NCBI GenBank assembly: GCA_950097015.1
Contig: CATNEN010000001.1
Coordinates: forward strand, 1,550,001-1,614,000
Length of the DNA: 64,000 bases
Direction of reading: 5' to 3'
Source of the DNA: Macrostomum hystrix
Taxonomy: Eukaryota; Animalia; Platyhelminthes
Part shown: piece after piece, positions 1-9,662 of the stretch
Layout of the letters: each line of letters opens with the position of its first letter
Position numbering within the stretch: position 1 is the stretch's first letter
The notes under the pieces: model-generated
The model's database searches: none
What the model saw: the letters and a program-made list of their open reading frames with translations, nothing else
Told to the model about the DNA's origin: nothing
Made by a program: the position numbers and the translations under genes

Positions 1-235
1 CGATTCCCGACTCCACTGGAACAATTTGCATCCTTTAGCAAGACACTTAACTCTGCAATGCTTCAGTTCACCCAGCTGTTAAATGGGTACCAGCATCAGC
101 TGGGATAATTGAAGGTGGGTGTGGCGTCCCCCCAGTCCGTGGACTTAACAGCTGTACGCAGCCTTCAGATGCGCCGCGCTGCGGCTGTGCTGTCGGCTGC
201 ACATCTGACCCAATTGGGGCAGGTGTAATAAATTA
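1..235 (+). mobile_element. tRNA-derived SINE, family A (CORE-like central domain), 5'-truncated by the window edge
   Basis: Starts with the B-box tail CGATTCCC, then TCCTTTAGCAAGACACTTAAC...CAGTTCACCCAGCTGTTAAATGGGTACC, resembling the SINE CORE consensus. The same head (CGATTCCCGACTCCACTGGAACAATTTG) recurs on the - strand at ~47790-47871. Confidence 0.7.
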
Positions 236-266
236 TTATCAATTATTTTCACAAAGGATACACAGA

Positions 267-452
267 CGCGAAAATCATACAACACATTTGAGCAACCTGC
301 AACAACAGGTAAATGCTACAAGCTGGTAAATTGTTGTTGGGATGGCTTAGATATCAGTTATGAAACATGAAACCGGTGCGAAACGAGAAACTTAAAGTAC
401 CTTAAGTAACAAGCAACACCTAACATAAGATTGTAGCATTTTAAGTGCTGAA
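267..452. repeat. Diverged dispersed direct repeat, copy 1 (copy 2 at 1441-1620)
   Basis: Shared blocks CATTTGAGCAA-CTGCAACAACAGGTAAATG, GAAACCGGTGC, AGAAACTTAAAG-ACCTTAAGTAAC, ATTGTAGCATTTTAAGTGCT. Confidence 0.8.
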
Positions 453-689
453 TAGATGAAATACCTCATATAGAGCATGAATTGTGAGCCTTATAGATAT
501 TCCGGGCATTAAATTAATAGTGCCCGAAAAAATTAGACGGCTGGTTGCAGTTTATGTCTATGGCCAAATTCTAAGTTGACCTGTCTATGAGCTAGCGATC
601 GCTGAGATAACTGAGAAATTTACTTTGGGTAGCAGCATATTTTTCTATGGCCCTTATTATAATTATAGGAACATAATTACGCGACGATT

Positions 690-845
690 CAAACACACAG
701 GTGTGTACATCTGCCCTGACTTAACTTTGATTGATTTTTTTTCAGACAGCAAGCATCCAAAGTTCTCTTTTTGGCTGCGCCCCAAAAGAAATGTGGCCTC
801 GCCGCGGAATCGAGCTCAGTGACCTTGTTTTGAGAGGCAAACACA
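690..845 (-). mobile_element. tRNA-derived SINE, family B (partial)
   Basis: Reverse complement reads TTGCCTCTC..AAGGTCACTGAGCTCGATTCCGCGGCGAGGCCACATTTCTTTTGGGGCGCAGCC...GGCAGATGTACACACC, matching the copies at 27495 and 35571. Confidence 0.7.
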
Positions 846-974
846 TTAGAATGTGTACTCTGGCTCTTGACGCAATGGGTAACGAAAGTGCATGCATTAC
901 TTGAGGACATAAATGTGGAGCGAGTGTTCAGTCTTCTTTAAGAGTAGTCCGAATTTTAAGGTGAGAAATTCATG

Positions 975-1179
975 CCTAGCCGAAACAGCCAGCTGTCAAC
1001 CCTGGACTGAAGCCCCGGCCAATCAGATTGCGATCCGGCCTCGGTGGTTTTCTACCCCGGCGAGAAGTGCACCCTAAGGCTATATAGACAGAGGCCGCCT
1101 ACTACGTTTCCATCCATCAGGCTGAAACTGCCAGACAGACAGCCAATCGCCTTTTCCAGAGGTTCAGATCATCGGTCTA
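975..1179 (+). other. Candidate degenerate, circularly permuted hammerhead ribozyme / retrozyme-like unit
   Basis: CCTAGCC-GAAA-CAGCCAGCT-GTC (core, stem III, GUC site at 995-997), then AACCCTGGA (998-1006), complementary to TCCAGAGGTT (1155-1164). This is followed by CAGATCA (2 mismatches to CTGATGA) and GGTCTA. Confidence 0.35.
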
Positions 1180-1440
1180 TTTAAATAAACGCGTTTTCGC
1201 CGTGTCCAAAAGTCCATTTTCTATACGCCAAGACCTTCTGGTTTGCATCACAATTTTAATTAATGAACTTTTATGAAAATCGAATTAGCAACAATTATTC
1301 TAAAGATGACACTAAAAAACAAAACAGTTATCCTTAAAAGAGAACAGTTTTCTAAATAAAGAGGATTAAAATTGTATTTCAATTAGTTTTTTTAAAGAAA
1401 AGGTAAATTGCTAAATAATTATTCACACTGATTTCATAGT

Positions 1441-1620
1441 CGCGAAAAGAAGAACATTTGAGCAAACTGCAACAACAGGTAAATGTTAAACGCCAGTAGA
1501 TTGTCAGCTGGTGGATTGGATATCAATATGAAACCGGAAACCGGTGCAAAACAAGAAACTTAAAGCACCTTAAGTAACACACAACACCTAAGATAATATT
1601 GTAGCATTTTAAGTGCTAAA
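1441..1620. repeat. Diverged dispersed direct repeat, copy 2 (copy 1 at 267-452)
   Basis: See copy 1. Confidence 0.8.
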
Positions 1621-1830
1621 GTCATATATAACAAAATGACTAAAAACTGAATATACAAAAAACGTCTGGATATTACATAACCAAATATAGAATTGTGATA
1701 AAAATAAATTTGTGTTGAAAATTATTTCAATTTAAAGAACATTTTCATTTTAATGCTCGTTTCATTTTTAACTGATTTCTCGCAAGTATTTAAATATATA
1801 CATAAACATACTCGTAGAATAAAATTGAAA

Positions 1831-1866
1831 AAACAGGCTTCTTGCCTGAGCCAAATAGTCTACTAC
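1831..1866 (+). mobile_element. Retroposon 3'-end fragment with (CTA)n-like tail
   Basis: AAACAGGCTTCTTGCCTGAGCCAA + CTACTAC; near-identical motifs at 6685-6723 and 7521-7552. Confidence 0.5.
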
Positions 1867-1955
1867 TCAAGTTGGAAGATTCCACAATAAAAATTTCAGA
1901 CCAAGCCAAGCGATTTCGTGATCAACTATCCGTATGGAAAATGTCTTTAATTTGC

Positions 1956-4205
1956 TTAGCGTCTCCTAGTAGAAGCGTAGCCAGTTCGCGTTACCGGAGA
2001 TCCACCGCCGTCGCTAGACGAAGAAGAAGACTGCCTACTGTAAGTAGTATGGCTTCTCTCGCCATAGCTGGTATAGCCGCTGGTTCCATAGCCGCTGCCG
2101 CCGCCGCGATTGCTGCCGCTACTGCCGAATAGGTAGCCGCCGATAGCGCCAATAGCGGTGCCAGTCCAGAAACCGGGGCCGCTGCTGCTGCTGTCTCCGC
2201 GTTGGTCGTCGCGATCATTGGCTGTTGAAGAATAATTGGGCTGCTGCTGCTGCTGCTGCTGATTAGTGCGACGTTCGTAGGCCTAAAATTAGTGGATCAG
2301 GCACATATTATGGTGATGATTTAATCACACAGGGGCGTGTCGTGTGTACATCTACCCTGACTATTTTAATCGCTGAAGGTTGGTCTTTAAGGACGTGCTA
2401 GCCATACGAAAAGGTAAATTGCACAGCAAGCATCCAACCTTGTCGTAGAATTGAGCTCGGGTGTGATTTGTAACAAAAGTGTTTTAGTTACTACAGGAAG
2501 CGGGAACTGTAACTGCAACATTGCTCCATACAACCCTAGAAGGTAATTCAGTGCTATAAAAGTCTTACCTTTCCAGTCGAACCAGAATTGTCTGTGTACT
2601 CAGGCCTAAAGCCATACTGGGGAGCGCCAGGCCCACCATCGCTGTATGGTGGCGGAGCATCATAATCACTGCCTGGCATTGGAGCTGAAGGCTCAGCGCG
2701 CCGTCTGGTAGCCGAAGTAGCCAGACAGAAATAATAGATAGCGAAGCAGCAGATGACAATAACAATAAAAAAGCCAATTGATAGACTAATGTCTTTTGAA
2801 TTCATAGCTGAGTGAGAGTGGCTCTTGTGACTTTTGTGACTGCTGCTTCCAGCGGGTTTTAGCGAGTAGGTCAGGCCACAGGATCCAGCAAGGACATACG
2901 GATCATCAGGATAGTCATAGCCCTCACACTGGACCTAAATTATTGTAATGGAAGTGAGTAAAATTACTATAAGACATTATATTGTAATAAATTACTTTTT
3001 TGAACTGGATAGTAAGCTATTTAAGTATGACAACAAACATTTCAATTGCATAAAAACATTTTACCAACAATTTGTTAAAGCACTATCTTGATATTTTTGT
3101 TGTAAAAGTTTATAGTTTAAAAAATATTTTTATAAATATATTTGTATAGAGTTTAGATCACCAAATGTGACTTGCAACTGATAAGAATATTGCCAAGTTT
3201 AGAATCTCAATAACAAGCTATTAAAAAAGTAAACAGTAGAATAGTAAAAGAAGTTCTTTAAAGGAATAAGTGTAGAAAACCAACAGACACAACGCATGGT
3301 CAAAAATTTTAGCTAAAAACCCAATACAACATAGAATATGTTAACATGGGTATCACTATGTCAACCATATAATAAAGAATAAGGTCATTTAATGCCTATT
3401 GCTATACCACAGTGCCTAAGAACACAGGAAAATTCTGAATATGCAATGGACAGTTAAACACCATTTGTCGAGTTATTGTAGTATAAAAAGTTTATATAAC
3501 TTATTAAGAATTATTGCCATACTTATATTTATTGTGTTTTAAGTTGTTTTATTTTTAATACACAAATTTGTATAAATAACTTCTAAACTATAACAAAACT
3601 TAATTTCAAGATCTAATCAAAAGTTTTTTTACTATATTAAATAAGCAGTAGCTAGTATAGAATAGACAATTTATAAGTGCTTTCTTCATTAGGCCCTAGT
3701 GTCATCTAGATACTAAAGTAGATTAGCATTGGGCCTAGTGTTATTAAATTCAGCATTAGTATCTTAATCAAAGAAGCATAGGCCTATATTTGCACACAAT
3801 TGTCCATAAACTTTATAAGATAGGCTCTAGCTAAATTAACAAAATAATAAATTGAAATCAGCATTTTTGGTCAACAAAACTTACTTGGAGAGAATCAAAC
3901 TGAGTGTTCTTGGGTAACTGAGCATCACACTTCCATTGAACATCAATTCCATCTGAACCCATGTTATAGCATTGAACAGCAGATGGTAGATTTTTACAGC
4001 TACTTTTACTATCAATGCATCTTAACTGTGGAATAGGACTACCTCGACGACCAGTGGTAAATTTGTCACTGTGCAAAGTTAATGTCTGTACAGATGTCAA
4101 TAGAACTTTTTTACCAGCGAGTACAAAATTTGGACCTAGGCAAATAATTGTAAGCATTAGGCTTACAAAAGTAAAAACAAATACAGAATTAGGCCTAGAA
4201 GACAT
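1956..4205 (-). CDS. SARAF: Store-operated calcium entry-associated regulatory factor (SARAF/TMEM66), ~337 aa; exons 4205-3885, 2934-2569, 2282-1956
   Basis: Signal peptide; KVLLTSVQTLTL..TTGRRGSPIPQLRC..VQCYNMGSDGIDVQWKC; VQCEGYDYPDDPYVLAGSCGL; TM helix; APPPY; GPGFWTG..GYLFG; C-terminal TRTGYASTRRR*. Both introns are GT-AG, phase 0. Confidence 0.95.
2325..2460 (-). mobile_element. SINE family B fragment in SARAF intron 2
   Basis: GTGTGTACATCTACCCTGAC and ACAGCAAGCATCCAA are shared with the 690-845 copy. Confidence 0.55.
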
Positions 4206-4965
4206 TGTCTAAACTATGGGGCGTCTTGTAAAAAAATATATTTAACTTCAAGAATATCTAAGCAAGGTCTTTATGTCTGTAACAACAGAATTAAAAGAAA
4301 AGGCTCTTTAGGTTCCTTTAGACCCTGCGGCAGCTGATAAAGAATCAATATAAATTATTATTTTAGGTAGGCCTAGAATATATCTAAATATAGTGTCACT
4401 TATATACACAAGTTACACGTCAAGATCACTTGTAAAGTTGTTACACGTTTTGCTTACGTTGCATTAATTCAAGAAATGCAGCGAAAAGTTTCTTATGAAC
4501 TGCAACACAAATGTTTTGAAATGTTTTAATTTGCGATTTTTGGTTCAAACAGTAAACGTAAAAGCATTTGTTTCAATAAAGTTATAATATTTTGTTATAC
4601 ATCGTCAAGAAAAGCCTTAAACCCGGTATAATCGGTATTACTACTTTACTAGTAAAGCTGGTACAGAAAGTAGAGGTTTGAATTTTAAATATTGAAATGT
4701 CGTGAACATGCCGGGATTCAAAGAGGTTAAAATATAATTTAGGTTCTCTGGCTCTCTGACAATAATTAATTAATTCACCTTAGCCTTTTTACTATTTGAA
4801 ATAAAATTTAAGTATGCTCGTGCTATTGCCCAGAAAATGAACAAATGATGCTGATGCAGTACACTAGCACAATGCGCTAGGCTCCTACGGCCCACGGGAC
4901 ACTACCTTTTACGCTGTGCGCACAAAAATGCAGCTTGAATTTCAAAGTTGCTCTATGAATTGCTT

Positions 4966-5064
4966 AGTTCTTGTTTTAACTCGAAATAAAGTATCTAAAA
5001 TAAGTTTTACTTTGTAGGCTTGTTTATTAAGCTTATACTTACCTCGCTTTATGTTGATTAGGTT
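4966..5064. repeat. Dispersed repeat, copy 1 (copy 2 at ~7576-7683)
   Basis: Shared GTTCTTGTT..ATCTAAA..ACTTTGTA-GC-TGTTTATTAAGC..ACTTACCT..TATGTTG--TAGGTT. Confidence 0.65.
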
Positions 5065-8000
5065 GAAACTCCAAAGCTTGAATGGCATACACGTCCTCCA
5101 CTAGCCCCGCCAAGAGCTTTTATGAAAAAAAGATGCTAAAAAAGAGCTAAGACATAACGACGGGGAATTAGAGAACTAATGAAAAAACTGGAAGACCACC
5201 GCCGCATAAAACACTACCCTTAATCACTAATCCATCGAAAAATTAACAGACCAGAAATGAACAGCTACTTCCCCAGTGTGATCTTCCGGAACAAAGGCTC
5301 TTAGAAAGCATGATAAAACTAAAAAGCGAATTAATTCATTCTAAATACTTTTTATTCAAGACTCGTGTAGGCTCTCTGTAAGAACGATGAGGGCCTAACG
5401 ACATCTCTCGATCACTACGTGACCGAATGTAAGTATGCGTTCACCCTCTCTTAATGTCACAGCTCCCTTGCTGTCCTGTTTATTTGTGCTTTTTTGCCCG
5501 TGTTTGCTTCTCTTTACCTGTAATTTTCGAATTGCTTTTTTTTCCTCAGTGCAGTGAACTATGCTCTCGTTGTTTACATATATTACCTCCCCATGCATTT
5601 TCCATCCTTCCTCGATCCGCATTGCTTTCCACGCGATTATTCTGCTATACCTTATTGTGTTTTTTAAGTTTCTTTTGTTACCTTTTGCATTTGCTTATAA
5701 TTCATTAAGAATTATCTAGAGCTCTTCCTCATGCAAGCTACTCCTTTTGCTTTTTTTCCTTCCTTGCATTATTATATTGTCTCTGCCATCTAATTAGCTT
5801 TTAATCCCATGAATTAATTGCTTCTACTGAGTTTATGAATATACCCTTTTCTCTGTTTTTTTCTATAACTTATATTATACCAATAATTGTCACTTTCGTC
5901 GTTATCACTGATCGTTATTTCCTGTTTTTGCGCCGCTTCAAAAATAATCTTCGCTGAATTATTTTTCATTTTTTCGCCTTTTTGTTATATTGTGACGTAC
6001 TTTTCAAATATACACGACATTACTGGCCTAACGAGAACTCTACCCGAGCCAGGTCTACTACCACCACTACAACCACTACCACTACTTGTTTGTCCATCCT
6101 TATGCCAATTGAATTAATTAGAGTGATGCTCCGGCTTTTCGTCTTCTTCTCTATTGCATATGCAAATACCTTTGCATTTTTACACTTCTGTCCGTATAAT
6201 TGCCTTCTCGTGCTTAAACTGATTCTCGCAGACATGAAGACACCTATTTTCTAATTTTACTCGTTCCCTTTTACTTTTACTTTTACTTCTACGTTTACCT
6301 TTTCGTACTAATTTTAAGATGGGTAGGCCTACTTTAATACGCAAACTTGTAAACTGATACATTTTTTCTAACTTGTTAGTTTTTTTATGTTACGCATATA
6401 TTTATATTGGTACTAAATATGGTGAACCCTATAATTCTTTCCGTCATCCTCTTCGCGCCTAGTTAAATTGATTCCACATTCTCCCTGTTTGTTGCTAATA
6501 TATAGAAATTAAGCTAAACCTTGCAATACCTTCACAACCTTCACATTTTTGACTCTAATATTTTACTTATTCTCTTACGACATCGTTTTCTTCGTTTGCG
6601 CTCTAGTTATAATTTTCGCACTTTTTCAAACTTTCAAATAAATATTGTTGCGTGACATAAATATCCCGTTGCACTATATTGGTCAAACAGGCATCTTGCC
6701 TGAGCCAACTACTACTACTACTAAAACATGTAAACGTATAAATTTATTTATAGCTAGTAGCTCAACCTTAGTTATTATTATATTGATCACTTGAAATATT
6801 CAACAAATACAATTGTTTACCATATTGCGGATGGTTCTTCTTGTACGCCGGAAGCATTTTCTGGGAATTTCGAGATGTACGCCAGCCTACTAACGAAGTG
6901 GACGCCAGCCTACCAACTGTGCGCCAACCCCATGCTAATGTGCTACCGCCTTTGTCAAGCTAATTTAAGTGAATTTTTATACAGAACCTATTTTATTCAC
7001 TATGTTCCTATGTACACTGGCTTTGCTCAAACAAAGCCACACAGGCATATGAAAACCATGGAATCAAGTTAAAGTAGTGTTAGTAGTCATGCACATGATC
7101 GGCCAGGTCATTCAGTTGCTGCCGATAAAACAGTGTTTGGTCTGAATTTGGAGTGAATTAATTGTCAATTTGTTTGCATTTGCATATTGCATAGGTAATT
7201 TCTTCGTTAAAAATACTAACAATAATTAAATGTAAATTTAAATTAATTTTTTTGTAAAATACCAAAAAATGCAATAATGATTGTGGTAATAATAATTTGG
7301 GATTGCACATGCAACATCATATACATGGATATTTGTTTCTGAGTAGGCCCCCTATTTCTGAGTAAAACTTTCAAGTAAAAGAAATGCAGACATAAATAAA
7401 TCCTTACCATGAGTTGTGTACACCGAAATCTGCGCATGGCCAAGAAATGTATGCGGTTTATGCCAAAATTTCCTGCATACACCCCACTATCTGCAAAATG
7501 GATTGAGTAATATTGGCAAAAAGGCTGCCTGCCTGAGCCAACACTCTACTACTTAGCATTCAAAAGAATTTCTAAGTTCTTGTTATTTCTATTCAAAATA
7601 AAAAATCTAAAGGGCAAAAACAACTTTGACTTTGTAAGCCTGTTTATTAAGCATAACTTACCTTGCTTATGTTGGCTAGGTTAGGCCTACCTTTTTGCAA
7701 CCAACAACAAGTATAGAGCCTAGATATTCATGGATGAATACTATAATGTTTTGGCAGTTGGCAGACAAATAGAAGTTTGATTATTCATCCAGTTAACTGG
7801 GTTATAAATTATAACTAAGTTATTAAGGGGTGTACTTTAGTGCTACCACGAGAACCTCTATCATTTGTAAGATAAAATAATTAAGAAGCTACAAAAGGAC
7901 AGTCATTCAGATTTGAAGTGTGTGTCTCAAATTATTTTTGCTTATCAGCTAATTAAAAAAATTAAAACCTTTTCCAGAAATTCAGTTGTTTCAGGGACTA

Positions 8001-8134
8001 ACTTAGTTCAAGAGTAAGTTTGGTCTTTGTGAGGTCAAGACTCAAGATGTCTCTCAGCAGGGCAAGAGTGGTCTTTGGGAGAATCGTTGCTCCTGCTCAT
8101 TGAAAGGTGAGAAATTAAGTCCTTGGGTGGTTAA

Positions 8135-8415
8135 CATACATGCGCAACCTCCCAAATCTTAGCCGGCCATGCGACTTAGTTTTTGCCCTCATTTGCGACT
8201 TAGTTCGTTTCATTGCTCTATTTACGACTTAGTTTGCTCTCATTTGCTCTCTTTTTCTCTCCCCTTTTTCCTTTTTTTTACGCCTTCCTTTTTTGTCCCT
8301 TGGTCCCCCCTTTGATTTTTTTGCGCTTGGTTGATTGGTTTTTGCGACTTACCTTGCTTGGCCCTCGTTTCACCCGGCCGGTTCGGCTGGGTCAGCCGGG
8401 TGTTGCGCATGTATG
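8135..8415. mobile_element. hAT-type MITE, 281 bp
   Basis: TIR CATACATGCGCAAC / GTTGCGCATGTATG; 8-bp TSD GTGGTTAA (8127-8134) / TTGGTTAA (8416-8423); internal repeated (G/A)CGACTT motifs. Confidence 0.8.
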
Positions 8416-9284
8416 TTGGTTAACCAGTTAACCAGACGAATAATCAAATGGCTATTTGTTCGGTTAACTGGACAAAAAACAACTACCTAATATTTTTGGA
8501 TAGTTATTGTTAGATGCTTAGATTTTTTGTGCTAGGACAATAGGCCTAGCTAGACAATTTTTATAGAAAATTTTGAAAATCTCTTTGACTCTGAGTATTT
8601 AATTCAATCCCTAGGCCTAGTAATAAGAAGGCAAAAGTGTTCTGTATATAATGATAAGTGGACCTGTATCTTTAAGTTTCAATTGTGACAGTAAGAAGAC
8701 AAAAATAAAAAAGCTGACTATCTATACACTTGTAATTTGCTTCTCTTGACTTAAGTCTTGTGCATCATACATACATCATAAAATGACAGTTAAAATTAGT
8801 TTTTTCTTTGCTGATAATTCAACTTCTCAATTTGTTAGGAACTTAAAGTTATTAGCCTTTAGGCCTAAACTGTATTTAAAATCCAAAGAGAAGTAATGGT
8901 CATATTTGGCTATAGGCTACATCATATATATTGTTTTAGGTGACCTTCCAGTATTGGCCTAAATAGTTTCAAATGTTAGTGGTACTTAACATTAGTATCA
9001 ATATTTTTTGCTCATAAATGTTTATAAGCTAATATGCATTTAGGTAACTTAAAATATTTAAATATGTTAGCAAAAAATAAATATTTATTAATTATTTTGT
9101 TTCTTATTTAAGTAACTGTTTACTAAATGGTTTATTTTATTTGCATGCATGTATAAATAGAGCAGTATTTCATATCTTGACAAAAGTATTTATCTTGTAA
9201 TAATAAGTGCAGGAGCTCCATAGTTATTGTACATCATTTAGTGACACTAGACCTACAGCCAACAAGGAGTAAGTCTTATCAATT

Positions 9285-9482
9285 TCCCTGACTCCTAAGC
9301 ACACAGACACCAATGCTGCCCACAGGTATGTAGTCATGTACATGCTGCCTACACATGTGTTTATTGACAGAATTTGTCAGGAAAAGTACACCCTCACTGT
9401 GTCTTGGAGGTTGGCCCTCAAGGGTGTAAATTGTATGTCACCAAGCCTTCTCTCAGCAACTGCACCCCTAAGGAATGTGGCC
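9285..9482 (-). mobile_element. SINE family B body, CpG-decayed copy
   Basis: Reverse complement GGCCACATTCC..GAGAGAAGGCT..CCCTTGAGGGCCAACCTCCAAGACACAGTGAGGGTGTAC aligns to 35640-35745. Confidence 0.75.
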
Positions 9483-9662
9483 TGACAATTTAATTTAATT
9501 GGTATGAGAGCAGCATGTTTTAATATATCTTTGTTGCTACTGTGATTTTAGTATTATAATTGAAATGTAATAAGACAATTTTATTGTAATCTGTCTATTG
9601 CAGTCCCTATTAATACCTTTCCAATTTGCAGCTATGTACTTTTAAGATAATATGCTTAGACA

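Noticed and set aside
1842-2218. Ala-rich ORFs listed over SARAF exon 3
   Set aside because: Alternative frame or antisense of the real exon, which encodes the GPGFWTG motif.
5035-5050. ATACTTACCT resembling the U1 snRNA 5' end
   Set aside because: No downstream U1 stem-loops or Sm site; it is part of a dispersed repeat also at ~7650.
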